DNA from: an uncultured Pseudomonadales bacterium
GTDB lineage: Bacteria > Patescibacteriota > Microgenomatia > UBA1400 > UBA12108
NCBI GenBank assembly: GCA_964502225.1
Contig: CAZCUC010000004.1
Span: 2,641 to 66,640 of the forward strand
Direction of reading: 5' to 3'
Length of the DNA stretch: 64,000 nt
Below the pieces are notes generated by a model, which saw only the letters and a list, made by a program, of their open reading frames with translations, made no database searches and was not told where the DNA came from. The position numbers and the translations under genes were made by a program. Below are positions 1 to 8,910 of the stretch, piece after piece. Positions within the stretch are counted from its first letter, which is position 1. Each line of letters opens with the position of its first letter.

Positions 1-47
1 TGTGCAGTCCCTAGTTTAGTTTTTAGTGCTTGTAGTTGGTCGTTCAT
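1..47 (-). CDS. 5' end of a gene running off the window edge (MNDQLQALKTKLGTA...), translationally coupled to infB
   Basis: ATG at 47-45 overlaps the infB TGA stop (ATGA coupling); frame is open to the window edge; too short to identify. Confidence 0.45.
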   Translation of the reverse strand, partial: MNDQLQALKTKLGTA

Positions 48-1501
48 ATGTCGTCTAACTTTTTCTTATAGGCTATTATAGCGTCTTTTGGCTGGACGTC
101 AAGGTTGGGGGAGAAAAAGATCCCACACTCCTTGCCGGCCTCGACTAGTTTAACCTCTTCTTTACCTATCCTGATACTGCGAACTTTGGCATTTTTGACT
201 ACATCACCTCTGACCAAATGGATGGTATCCCCTACCTCGAATCTACCTGAGGTGATCGAGGATCCCGCAATGTGGTCACCGTTGATATCAAATACTTTGA
301 GAATGGTGGCTGTACCCAGCTGATCTTCGTCGATACTAGGCTCCATGAGTTTGAGGACTTTTTTCTCGACATACTCGAGTATTTCGTAGATAATTTTGTG
401 GTTTTTGATGACGACATTTTCGGTTTCGGCCAGCTTGGTAACAGAAGAGTTGACGCGAACGTTAAACCCTAAAATGATGGAGCTAGTGGTAGAGGCGAGG
501 AGAACATCGCTCTCAGTGATATCACCAGTACCCGAGCTCACGAGGTAAACATCGGGAGTAAAGCTACCCTTGATAGCTTCAAGCGAGCCAGCTGTGTCAG
601 CTTTGACAATGATATTGAGTCTTTTAAGACTAGGGTCGATCACCGGAGCAGGAATATTTTCGAGTGTATTGCCAGAGATGTTATTCTCAAAAGTACCATG
701 CACGATGACCTCCCCTACCTGAGGGAGAGTCACATAGCCCAGGATCTGCACGGGCATGCCAGGAGTAGCTGATTTGATACTCTGACCTTGGTCATTGAAA
801 AAAGCACGTACTTTGCCACCCGCTGTTTCGCTCCTCACTACATCCCCGACCGTGAGAGTACCTACCTTGACGATGGCAGAGACCAGTGCTCCCTTTTTGG
901 GATCGAGTTTGGCTTCGATAATGGGGGCGGAGAGATCGAGCTCTGGTTGGTACGGGAGCTCCTCAAGCTCTGCTAGCAGGAGAATTGTCTCGAGGAGATT
1001 GTCGACTCCAGCGCCAGTTTTGCCAGAAATCAAGACAAAGGGAGTATTGCCGCCGTAACCCTCGACAAATACTTCGTGCTGGGTGAGCTCGGCTTTGACT
1101 ACCTCGACGTTGGCCCCTGGCAAGTCGATTTTGTTGATCGCAACTACGTAGGGTACTCCAGCAGATTTGATGTGCTTGATGGATTCGATAGTTTGAGGTT
1201 TGACACTATCGTCTCCAGCCACCACGAGGACCACAACATCTGCAATACTCGCACCACGAGAGCGCATTTTGGAGAAAGCGGCGTGACCAGGAGTATCGAT
1301 AAAGGTAAGTTTTTTGCCGTGGAACTCTGCTTGGTAGGCACCGATAGATTGGGTAATACCTCCAGCCTCGCGGTCGGCAATGTGAGCCTGGCGGATATAG
1401 TCGAGGAGAGTGGTTTTACCGTGGTCTACATGGCCGAGAATGGCTACGATTGGTTGTCTAGTTAACTTTGTTTGAGTAGTATCTTGATTCGCTTTTTTCA
1501 T
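44..1501 (-). CDS. infB: Translation initiation factor IF-2, short form lacking the long N-terminal domain
   Basis: GHVDHGKTT, GGITQSIGAY, DTPGHAAF and NKID GTPase motifs plus IF2 C-terminal domains; ATG 1501 chosen as start. Confidence 0.97.
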   Translation of the reverse strand: MKKANQDTTQTKLTRQPIVAILGHVDHGKTTLLDYIRQAHIADREAGGITQSIGAYQAEFHGKKLTFIDTPGHAAFSKMRSRGASIADVVVLVVAGDDSVKPQTIESIKHIKSAGVPYVVAINKIDLPGANVEVVKAELTQHEVFVEGYGGNTPFVLISGKTGAGVDNLLETILLLAELEELPYQPELDLSAPIIEAKLDPKKGALVSAIVKVGTLTVGDVVRSETAGGKVRAFFNDQGQSIKSATPGMPVQILGYVTLPQVGEVIVHGTFENNISGNTLENIPAPVIDPSLKRLNIIVKADTAGSLEAIKGSFTPDVYLVSSGTGDITESDVLLASTTSSIILGFNVRVNSSVTKLAETENVVIKNHKIIYEILEYVEKKVLKLMEPSIDEDQLGTATILKVFDINGDHIAGSSITSGRFEVGDTIHLVRGDVVKNAKVRSIRIGKEEVKLVEAGKECGIFFSPNLDVQPKDAIIAYKKKLDDI

Positions 1502-1519
1502 AAACAAACCTTTCCAGGT

Positions 1520-1566
1520 GATTTATGATTTATGATTCATGAATCTAGATTCTTAAATCTTAAATC
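1520..1566. repeat. Degenerate 7-mer array (GATTTAT/GATTTAA family) arranged as an inverted pair
   Basis: GATTTAT GATTTAT GATTCAT GAATCTA GATTCTT AAATCTT AAATC between nusA and infB. Confidence 0.8.
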
Positions 1567-1572
1567 AAGTTG

Positions 1573-2811
1573 TTACTTTAACTCGGCATCGCGCTCGGCT
1601 TGGTAGCGAGCCATTTTCTCCAACTCTTCTTTGGCCATATTTTGCTTTTTGTGGAAGCGGAGAATAGCTTTTTCGGTTTCCTCTGGGCCTCTGACGTCGA
1701 GCTCAGCAAAGACAACTTTGACTTCGTCGATCTTGGCTTCGAGCTCTTTAACCGTGGTGATACCCATGTCGATGAGAGTGTTTCTGAGCTTGCTAGAGAG
1801 GCCGAGCGCGTCGATCTCGAACTGCTCATCTCCAGATGTGGAGAGAGCGATTTTACTGGCTTCGGCTCCCTTGATGTCGATCTTGTAGCCAGTCAATTTG
1901 GCCGCTAAGCGAGCGTTTTGGCCACCCTTGCCGATGGCAAGTGAGAGCTGATCATCTGGGATAGTGATCGTAGCCTTGCGGAGCTTGTCGTCGATTACGA
2001 CATTCAAACCCTCGGCTGGGGCTAGCGCGCTTGCGATGTAAGCTTTGAGATCCTTGGAATACTCGATAATATCGACTTTTTCACCATTGAGTTCGTTGAT
2101 GACTGCCTGGACACGAATACCTTTTTGGCCTACGCATGACCCAACTGGATCGACACCGTCTTGAGTGCTTTTGACGGCGAGCTTGGTACGATGACCAGCT
2201 TCACGTGCAATCGCGACAATCTCGACAGCGTTAGAGCCTACTTCGGGAACTTCGCGGGCAAAAAGCTCTTTGACTAACTCAGGAGCAGAGCGACTGACAA
2301 TAATAGCCCTACCCTTGTAGGTTTCGCGAATTTCTTTGATGTAAACGGCAATGCGCTGATTGAGACGATAAAATTCGTTCGGGATGGCTTCGCTTGGTGG
2401 CATCATAGCCTGGCCACGACCAATGTCGACAACGACATTTGGACCATCAAAGCGGAGAATCATGCCCGTAACCATGGTGCCTATCTTGGCTTCGTATTCC
2501 CCTAAGATCGCATCTTTTTCGGCTTCGCGTACCCTTTGCATAATGACCTGCTTGGCAACCTGAGCGGCAATGCGACCAAAGCCAGCAGGAGTGGCGTCTT
2601 TGCCATCTTTGAGCACTTCGATGGCACCGGTTTCTTCGTTGATGTTGACCACGTAGCCAACTAGAGCCTCTTCGTCGGACAAGCCGAGGTCTCGCTTGAG
2701 AGCCGCAAGCAAGGCCTGCTTGATGGACTCGATGACAACTTTGGGATCAATCCCGCGTTCGGCACAAATTTGGTTTAGAGCTAAGGCAAATTCTGATTTG
2801 GTTTGGGACAT
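1573..2811 (-). CDS. nusA: Transcription termination/antitermination factor NusA
   Basis: FGRIAAQVAKQ, S1 domain, KH motifs (DPVGSCVGQKG, SLAIGKGGQNARLAAKLTG); ATG 2811 with AGGAG SD. Confidence 0.97.
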   Translation of the reverse strand: MSQTKSEFALALNQICAERGIDPKVVIESIKQALLAALKRDLGLSDEEALVGYVVNINEETGAIEVLKDGKDATPAGFGRIAAQVAKQVIMQRVREAEKDAILGEYEAKIGTMVTGMILRFDGPNVVVDIGRGQAMMPPSEAIPNEFYRLNQRIAVYIKEIRETYKGRAIIVSRSAPELVKELFAREVPEVGSNAVEIVAIAREAGHRTKLAVKSTQDGVDPVGSCVGQKGIRVQAVINELNGEKVDIIEYSKDLKAYIASALAPAEGLNVVIDDKLRKATITIPDDQLSLAIGKGGQNARLAAKLTGYKIDIKGAEASKIALSTSGDEQFEIDALGLSSKLRNTLIDMGITTVKELEAKIDEVKVVFAELDVRGPEETEKAILRFHKKQNMAKEELEKMARYQAERDAELK

Positions 2812-2869
2812 ACAACTCCTTTGGAGTAATAAACAAATAACAATAATCAATTATTGAAGTGGACATACT

Positions 2870-2892
2870 AAAAAGGTGGGCTAGCCCACCTT
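2870..2892 (-). terminator. Leader attenuator hairpin upstream of nusA (rimP/ylxS-leader-like)
   Basis: Minus strand reads AAGGTGGGCTAGCCCACCTTTTT, lying between a TATACT -10 (2924-2919) and the nusA start. Confidence 0.7.
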
Positions 2893-2970
2893 GTCAATAC
2901 TTTACACTACAACCTGCTTAGTATAGCACTCTACTTCGCCTTTGGCTACGCTTGGGGCACGGCCCCACCC

Positions 2971-3216
2971 CTAATTCAAATCGGAGAAGTCTTCTTCGAT
3001 AATGGTCGTGCTGTTGATGTCTAGCTCGAGACTATCCGTGTCGGTTGATTCTGAGGTTGCGGGCATGGTGGTGAGGGCTGGATCTGGAGCATCGGGGGAT
3101 GCCTGTGGTGCTGTCATCTCGTCTTTGGCGGCGCGGTCGCCTCTAAATACGTCGCCGAGAGTACAACCACCGAGTAAAAGAGCCGAGAGTGTAACGAGGA
3201 TCATTTTTTTGAGCAT
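2971..3216 (-). CDS. Small lipoprotein with acidic tail
   Basis: Signal peptide with lipobox LGGC; GGAG SD. Confidence 0.75.
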   Translation of the reverse strand: MLKKMILVTLSALLLGGCTLGDVFRGDRAAKDEMTAPQASPDAPDPALTTMPATSESTDTDSLELDINSTTIIEEDFSDLN

Positions 3217-3225
3217 ATAGTCTCC

Positions 3226-3807
3226 TTAGTTGTTGGTATTTTGAACGGCGGCACTGGCGGCGGGAAGAGCTGGTTTTGAAACCATTTTTAGTTCTTTAAC
3301 CGCTTCTTTGAGAAGGGTGTGGACCTCCATATAGAGCTTGCGAGCTGAGTTGGCTAAATCGCGAGCCGCAAGAGCGGCGGCTTTTTGCTGTGCGAATTTG
3401 GCTGGGTCGATGGAGCGGAAAGCGTCTATTGCCTCGTCCCCTTTTGTCTTGGCTTCGAGGAGCTTGGTTTTGGCTAAGGTAAGTTTGGTTTTAATCTTGA
3501 CAACAGCTGGATCGGAAGAATTGAGAGAGTTGAGGCGAGTGTTAAAGCGAGCAATTATCGCGTTTAGGCGATCAAAGTAAAATCCAAAGCGCTTTTCTAG
3601 GCGATTGGCGTGATTCTCGGCGACATTACTCCTAACTTCTTGTCTGTTTTCCTGTCTTTCTTCCCTACGATCCTGACGGATCTCCTGGATTTCTACCTGA
3701 GCTGGGCGATCGGGACGACGACGAGTCACATTTTCGTCGGACTCGGCTAGAGCATGACTAGGCATGAGGAGGATGAGAGTGAGTCCGAGTAAGAGTGATT
3801 TGCGCAT
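3226..3807 (-). CDS. Secreted coiled-coil protein
   Basis: Signal peptide ending ALA-E; R/E/K-rich helical body; GGAGG SD. Confidence 0.8.
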   Translation of the reverse strand: MRKSLLLGLTLILLMPSHALAESDENVTRRRPDRPAQVEIQEIRQDRREERQENRQEVRSNVAENHANRLEKRFGFYFDRLNAIIARFNTRLNSLNSSDPAVVKIKTKLTLAKTKLLEAKTKGDEAIDAFRSIDPAKFAQQKAAALAARDLANSARKLYMEVHTLLKEAVKELKMVSKPALPAASAAVQNTNN

Positions 3808-3821
3808 ATATTAACCTCCTG

Positions 3822-4715
3822 TTAAAACGAAAATAAATTGAGTAATCGATCAAAACCAGTATACTCTGTGCGGAGGAGATCCCCTGTCTCGGCCGAAAGG
3901 ATGGCGCGAGTTTTTAGTGAAACTTTAAACAGCCCAAGAACACGTTTTTCTTTTTGGGCGTTAATTTTGTAAACGGATTCTCCGTTTTCTTCCTCAAGAT
4001 CTGGCAAGTTGGCGGAGCCCGTAGATGTATCTAGTCGATCGTCCAGGGGGAGGATGTTTTGCTCGCGTAGCTTGACCATCGCCTGGTCAGGCAAAACAGT
4101 CAGCGTGCGCTCGGTACCATCTGGACGGGTGACGACAAGTTCGTTGCTAGTGTTTACTCGAACCTTGAGCTTGGTGTGGACACGGGTGTCTTGACGCTCG
4201 ATTTGCAGTGAGTCGTCTGCGCCTGGACTCATAATTATCTTGTCTTTTGCCTCACCAGAGCGAGACTCTAACTGCAGCTCCTCTTTGTCACCCATCTCTA
4301 GTTGAGTTTCGGTTTCTCTCCCTGTGGCATCGCGGGTTTTTTGCTTGATCTTGAGCTTGTCGCCATCGACTTCGATCTCTGATTCTCTTTCGAGTTTATT
4401 TTTTGTAGTTTTAATTTCGTTGACCTTGATGGCCGATTCGAGTCTCTGCTTGGCTTTTTCGCGATCTTGTTCGGCAAGTTTTTTTTCGATTTCTTGGCGT
4501 TGCTCAACAGCTTTTTTGTCAGACTCGCGCGAGCTCTCGTCGGTTTTTGCTTCATCTTCTTGCTCGTCATTGTCCCCGAGCACAAGTGGATCTAGCAGGA
4601 GGAGACTGCCTGAGCGATCGATGAGCCAGGTCGCAGAAGCGTGGGGAACTTGCAGGGACAAGGTGAGCGAGAGAGTCAAAACAGCAAAAGTGATGAGTGT
4701 AATATTTTTTGACAT
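3822..4715 (-). CDS. Secreted protein with charged coiled coil and a C-terminal PepSY-like beta domain
   Basis: Signal peptide from ATG 4715 (MSKNITLI...ASA); C-terminal VYKI...ILSAETGDLL motif. Confidence 0.7.
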   Translation of the reverse strand: MSKNITLITFAVLTLSLTLSLQVPHASATWLIDRSGSLLLLDPLVLGDNDEQEDEAKTDESSRESDKKAVEQRQEIEKKLAEQDREKAKQRLESAIKVNEIKTTKNKLERESEIEVDGDKLKIKQKTRDATGRETETQLEMGDKEELQLESRSGEAKDKIIMSPGADDSLQIERQDTRVHTKLKVRVNTSNELVVTRPDGTERTLTVLPDQAMVKLREQNILPLDDRLDTSTGSANLPDLEEENGESVYKINAQKEKRVLGLFKVSLKTRAILSAETGDLLRTEYTGFDRLLNLFSF

Positions 4716-4716
4716 A

Positions 4717-5730
4717 TTAATATAGAACAAAGGTTTTTTTCTGCTCGTTAATATTGCCGCGAGCATCGGTGATTTTGACTGCGTAGGTATGGGATGAGCC
4801 AGCAGAACCCTTGAAGCAGTATTGTCCGCCTGTTTGGGAGGCCCATGACTCGGCATCAACTTGCTGTTCTACTTTGAGGTTGGCGATTGCAGTAACATTA
4901 TCTTCGACATATTGGGTGAGCAAGCAAGTACCATTTGTGCCCCAATCAAAGGGTCCGACCAAAGTAAAGTTAGGGGCGATTTTGTCCGCCAAGTTTTCCC
5001 AATCGATGCGGGCAAGATTGTTGTTGGAGTTATTTTCTTTGAGAGATTTGTCGGAGTTGAGCTGGAGTTTGGCGGTGTGTTTGCCGATACCAGTAGTTGA
5101 GTCGTGACACCAGTCGTAAGTCTTGCCTGCCTCGAGTTTGTCGTAAGTTCCTAAGTTGTCTTCTAGCTCTTGTTTATCATCGAGGGAAAAAGTAAATTTG
5201 ATGTCCTTGCCTGAGACTGACTCGTTTGCGACAATGTGGAAGCACAAAGTAACCTTTGGGGACCAACTAGACTTGACTTCGTCAAACTGACCTGCCTGGA
5301 TACTGGTGAATTCACGGTAAATCACGCGCCCGTCCCCATTGCCTTCGTCGATTGTCTGTTTGAAGTTGCCACTGGGATTGCCAAAGCGGAGATCTAGACT
5401 CGGTAAAACAACGGCAACTGGAGTGGGACGAGGGGTGGAAGTGGTCGTATTTTTGGGGCTACTACTAGGCTTGAGAGACGATTTGGGACTCGCTGAAGGA
5501 GTGGATGAGGGATCAGTGGTAGTGGGGAGAGTAGAAGCAATTGGGCTCGGGCTAGGAGAGGGCGAGGAGGAGAGTTGGTTTTTGTAATACACGACCCCGA
5601 CGACAGCCGCCAAGATGATCACTAGCAAAAAGCCAAAAATGAGGGGGAGGATAGACGATTTGGGCTTGGGTGGCACCACGGGAATAGGCGGGGTTTCAGC
5701 AACGGGTTGATTGAGGTTATCACCTAACAT
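4717..5730 (-). CDS. Single-pass membrane protein with S/P/T linker and CARDB/Ig-like domains
   Basis: N-terminal TM helix, SPSPSP linker, GKHTAK...LKENNSNNN CARDB-like signature. Confidence 0.75.
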   Translation of the reverse strand: MLGDNLNQPVAETPPIPVVPPKPKSSILPLIFGFLLVIILAAVVGVVYYKNQLSSSPSPSPSPIASTLPTTTDPSSTPSASPKSSLKPSSSPKNTTTSTPRPTPVAVVLPSLDLRFGNPSGNFKQTIDEGNGDGRVIYREFTSIQAGQFDEVKSSWSPKVTLCFHIVANESVSGKDIKFTFSLDDKQELEDNLGTYDKLEAGKTYDWCHDSTTGIGKHTAKLQLNSDKSLKENNSNNNLARIDWENLADKIAPNFTLVGPFDWGTNGTCLLTQYVEDNVTAIANLKVEQQVDAESWASQTGGQYCFKGSAGSSHTYAVKITDARGNINEQKKTFVLY

Positions 5731-5738
5731 GGACTCTA

Positions 5739-6605
5739 CTATAGTTCATTTTCTAGCTGTTGTACAAGGTCTCGTCCCCTTTTACTCAACTTATCTGGGA
5801 GCATGACTTTTAGTTTGATATAAAAGTCCCCACGGCCAGACCCACGAAGATGCTTCATACCTTTGCCGGACAATCGGACAGTGGTCGATGGCTGGGTGCC
5901 TGGGCGAATTTTGATGAGCAAATCGCCATCGAGTGTGGGAATGGTAGTTTCGCCGCCCAATATCGCGAGAGGGAGCGAAATCTCGTGATAGATGAAAACA
6001 TCATCGCCATCGCGCCGGAAGATTTTGTGAGGTTTGACGTTTAAAGAAACGTCAAACTCGGAGTAGCGCATGCGAGTACCGTCATCTGCACCGGCAGGGA
6101 TTTTGACGGTATATTGCTTACCCTGATGGACAAAAGTTTTTTCGGCACCATTCACGGCTTCCATAAAGTCGATGCTCAGAGAGTAATGGGGTTTTTGCTG
6201 AAATTGGGAGCCAAAGGGATTTTGCCCGCCAAAGAAGGACTCAAAAATGTTGAAAGGATCGTTAAAGCCTTGCTGGCCACCAAACATATCCTCAAATCCA
6301 CCCCCAGTAGAGTAAGTGTAGGTGAAGGGTCCTTGGCGGTACGACTGACCACCCTGCCCACCACCAAAGCCAGCAGATGGGTCGAAAGCGGCATGACCAA
6401 ACTGGTCATACTTGGCTTTTTTGTCTGGGTTGCTTAAAATTTCGTACGCTTCGTTGATTTCTTTAAATTTGGCTTCGGCTCCAGGCTCTTTGTTTTTGTC
6501 GGGATGCCATTTGAGGGCCAGCTTGCGATAGGCCGATTTGAGATCGGAGGAAGACGAGGATTTGGTAACACCTAAAATATCGTAGTAGTCGCGTTTGGTA
6601 GCCAT
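5739..6605 (-). CDS. dnaJ: DnaJ chaperone, class B type (no zinc finger)
   Basis: J domain with HPD, G/F region and C-terminal domain; no CxxCxGxG repeats. Confidence 0.92.
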   Translation of the reverse strand: MATKRDYYDILGVTKSSSSSDLKSAYRKLALKWHPDKNKEPGAEAKFKEINEAYEILSNPDKKAKYDQFGHAAFDPSAGFGGGQGGQSYRQGPFTYTYSTGGGFEDMFGGQQGFNDPFNIFESFFGGQNPFGSQFQQKPHYSLSIDFMEAVNGAEKTFVHQGKQYTVKIPAGADDGTRMRYSEFDVSLNVKPHKIFRRDGDDVFIYHEISLPLAILGGETTIPTLDGDLLIKIRPGTQPSTTVRLSGKGMKHLRGSGRGDFYIKLKVMLPDKLSKRGRDLVQQLENEL

Positions 6606-6628
6606 ATGCAGTGATTATAATGGGTAGT

Positions 6629-6655
6629 CAAGCAGTAAACAAGGCCGAGTGCTAA
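6629..6655 (-). promoter_or_regulatory. Degenerate CIRCE upstream of dnaJ
   Basis: Minus strand TTAGCACTC-N9-TACTGCTTG has one perfect half-site and overlaps the probable -35; TATAAT -10 at 6619-6614. Confidence 0.55.
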
Positions 6656-7347
6656 ATGGTGCCAAACTGGCGGTCGCCGGCATCGCCCAATCCGGGAACG
6701 ATGTATTTGTGTTCGTTTAAACGATCGTCTACCGCGGCCACAGTGATTGCGACATCGGGGTGCTCACGGTTGAGTACTTTGATCCCTTCTGGGGCGGCAA
6801 TCATGGAGATCATTTTGATTTGTCCCTGGGGATAGATGTCCTTGATCCGCCGAATGGTTTCGACTGCCGAGCCTCCGGTTGCGAGCATCGGATCAAGGAT
6901 GAGAAACACTACTCCCGTACCGTGATTTAAGTGCTCGAGCTGTTTGAGATCGTAGTACCAGTGAGGGATGGCGGTGGCCTCGTCCCTCGCCATGCCGGCA
7001 AAAATGGTGGGTGCAGAGGGAAAAATATTTTGAGCTGGTTCGTGCATCCCAATACCTGAACGAAGGACGGGGATCAAGACTATGCGGTCCTTGATTTTGG
7101 ATGCTTGCAGATCGGCGAGCGGAGTCGAGACCTTCACCGTGGATTCGTGTAGGTCGGCAGTTGCGGCAAAGATGAGGTGGTAGGCGAGGGCGTGGACACA
7201 GCGGCGGAATCCCACCAGACTAGTCTTACCATCGCGCATGACACGCAGTAAGTCGCGTACCAGCGGGTGGTCGACGATGGTCACTGAAAGTGAAGAGTCT
7301 TTTTGGGCTTGAGTTAATAGGGCTTTCTCGTCGTAGACGTTTGTCAT
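6652..7347 (-). CDS. upp: Uracil phosphoribosyltransferase
   Basis: DHPLV, IPVLRSG, ILDPMLATGGS, YIVPGLGDAGDR; ATG 7347 lies 7 nt after TATAAT. Confidence 0.95.
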   Translation of the reverse strand: MTNVYDEKALLTQAQKDSSLSVTIVDHPLVRDLLRVMRDGKTSLVGFRRCVHALAYHLIFAATADLHESTVKVSTPLADLQASKIKDRIVLIPVLRSGIGMHEPAQNIFPSAPTIFAGMARDEATAIPHWYYDLKQLEHLNHGTGVVFLILDPMLATGGSAVETIRRIKDIYPQGQIKMISMIAAPEGIKVLNREHPDVAITVAAVDDRLNEHKYIVPGLGDAGDRQFGTI

Positions 7348-7366
7348 TGTGATTATTATAGCGAAT

Positions 7367-7594
7367 TCAATATTCAGGAGGGTGTGATTTGAATTGTCGA
7401 CCGACAATTTCACCTGATTCATCTTGAATGGCAGTAAACATGTGACAGATCAAGAAGGCGCAGTCAACGCAAATTTCGTCGATATTGACGACAAGGCTGT
7501 TGTGCATATCCCCTTCCTCCGGTTCACAGTAACCGGTGCGAACAATGGCTTTACGGGGTGGTAAATCTCTAAAAAATCCCGACTCAGCGGGCAT
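7367..7594 (-). CDS. Small hypothetical protein with Cys/His cluster
   Basis: 75-aa ORF filling the intergenic space, containing YC...H...CVDC...CH; family not recognised. Confidence 0.45.
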   Translation of the reverse strand: MPAESGFFRDLPPRKAIVRTGYCEPEEGDMHNSLVVNIDEICVDCAFLICHMFTAIQDESGEIVGRQFKSHPPEY

Positions 7595-7670
7595 AAAAAA
7601 AGAACCCTCTCAGGTTCTTCCTCGTCAAAAACTTTTTGTGTGCAATCCCCAGGTTCATTTAGCCCCCGGG
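7595..7670 (-). promoter_or_regulatory. Structured leader or small RNA ending in an intrinsic terminator
   Basis: TACAAT -10 at 7681-7676; 5' GC hairpin; AAGAACC-TGAGAG-GGTTCTT followed by a T tract abutting ATG 7594. Confidence 0.5.
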
Positions 7671-7746
7671 AGTTTATTGTAGCGAAATTGGGGTGGCAGA
7701 GTCAACAGAATCTAAAACTCTAATTATTCCTCCTTCGCACTTTGAG

Positions 7747-8322
7747 CTATGGACGGACACGGTCGAATAGTTGGAGTAATTCGGGGAGTTCTAGGCTACC
7801 TTCTTCGGAAGTAATGTGACCTTTATTGTGGAGAGTAATAATCTCAGGGTTGAGCTTGTCTCTGAACATCTGCTTGTTTTGAATATAAGGAACCCAAGGG
7901 TCATTGTCAGAAAAAATTGTAATAAAGTCTTTGGCCTTGGTTTTAATTTGAGAAAAATCCATCGGGGTTTTTAGCCATGGATCTGCGATGTGCCACATTT
8001 CGTCGTTTTCCAGATTGGTGAGGGTAAACCACGGGGCCACAAGAATTATTTTGCCAGCTTTTCCTACAGCTTTTTCGAGGTAACGCAAAATGGTTTGACA
8101 ACCAATACTATGGCCAATAAAGATGTCGCTCTCACGCATTGATCCGACGATATTAGATAAGTAGTCTACCCACGGTCTAATAACTGGGACATCGGTGTCT
8201 GGCATTTGGGGAGCAGTTACTTCGTATCCCTTTTCTTCCAGTGACTTGACTGCCCAGGGGAGCCAATCACCCTGAGGGGATCCGCTCCAGCCATGGATGA
8301 GAAAAATGCGTGATTTATACAT
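7747..8322 (-). CDS. RBBP9/YdeN-family alpha/beta hydrolase
   Basis: IHGWSG, GHSIG nucleophile elbow, SDNDPWV, GHI. Confidence 0.92.
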   Translation of the reverse strand: MYKSRIFLIHGWSGSPQGDWLPWAVKSLEEKGYEVTAPQMPDTDVPVIRPWVDYLSNIVGSMRESDIFIGHSIGCQTILRYLEKAVGKAGKIILVAPWFTLTNLENDEMWHIADPWLKTPMDFSQIKTKAKDFITIFSDNDPWVPYIQNKQMFRDKLNPEIITLHNKGHITSEEGSLELPELLQLFDRVRP

Positions 8323-8349
8323 GTAATTATTGTAGCAAAGATTATCTTC

Positions 8350-8380
8350 TTGACATTACAGTAACTGGAATGTTTATATT
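8350..8380 (+). promoter_or_regulatory. MerR-type promoter with 19-bp spacer and dyad operator
   Basis: TTGACA 8350-8355, 19-bp spacer, TATATT 8375-8380; inverted repeat ACATTACAGT-A-ACTGGAATGT (9/10 match) at 8353-8373. Confidence 0.85.
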
Positions 8381-8386
8381 GGAGGA

Positions 8387-8830
8387 ATGAATGTACAACT
8401 GACGATAGGAGAACTGGCAAAGGAGACTGGGGTACCGACGAAGACGATCCGGTTTTATGAAAGCATTGGGCTAATAGAACAGCCCCAGCGGCAGGAAAAT
8501 GGGTACCGAGTGTACCCAGTGTCAAGGATAGAAGAACTGACCATTATCAAAAACGTCCGGGACCTGGGACTGCCCATCCCGCAGATCAAAAAACTGATGC
8601 GTGGGTGTGAAAATGGCGACTGCAGTCATAGTGGTGAGTACATAGACAAAGAGATTGCGGAATATACAGAAGTATTGAGCGCCAAAATTACCCAACTCAC
8701 CCACCTTAAGACGCAATTACAAAAACTGCGCAAAAATGTGGCACAGTGCGAGGGAGAGACTTGCGGGACTTATTGCTGTAATGTACTTGGCCAAATAGCT
8801 GAGTTAGAGAAAGGAGGTGAAGAGAAATGA
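8387..8830 (+). CDS. MerR-family metal-responsive transcriptional regulator
   Basis: IGELAKETGV...TIRFYE...NGYRVY HTH; Cys at 74, 79, 121, 126, 130 and 131. Confidence 0.95.
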   Translation: MNVQLTIGELAKETGVPTKTIRFYESIGLIEQPQRQENGYRVYPVSRIEELTIIKNVRDLGLPIPQIKKLMRGCENGDCSHSGEYIDKEIAEYTEVLSAKITQLTHLKTQLQKLRKNVAQCEGETCGTYCCNVLGQIAELEKGGEEK

Positions 8831-8874
8831 CAGACGGAACATGTTGTGGAGGACAAGATACGTGTAGCTGCTAA
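8827..8874 (+). CDS. 15-aa Cys-rich micro-peptide MTDGTCCGGQDTCSC (putative metal-binding)
   Basis: Read manually (below the ORF-track cutoff): ATGA overlap with the merR stop, AAGGAGGTGA SD at 8811-8820, 4 Cys, followed by a hairpin. Confidence 0.7.
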   Translation: MTDGTCCGGQDTCSC

Positions 8875-8885
8875 TTTAACTGAGT

Positions 8886-8910
8886 GTGCTCACGAGCTAG
8901 CCGTGGGCAC
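8886..8910. terminator. Hairpin between the convergent micro-peptide and GNAT genes
   Basis: GTGCTCACG-AGCTAGC-CGTGGGCAC stem with one G-U pair. Confidence 0.55.

Noticed and set aside
8381-8386. GGAGG as the SD for merR (and 18692-18696 for pilN)
   Set aside because: It lies about 1 nt from the ATG and upstream of the predicted TSS, so it is not usable as an SD on that transcript.
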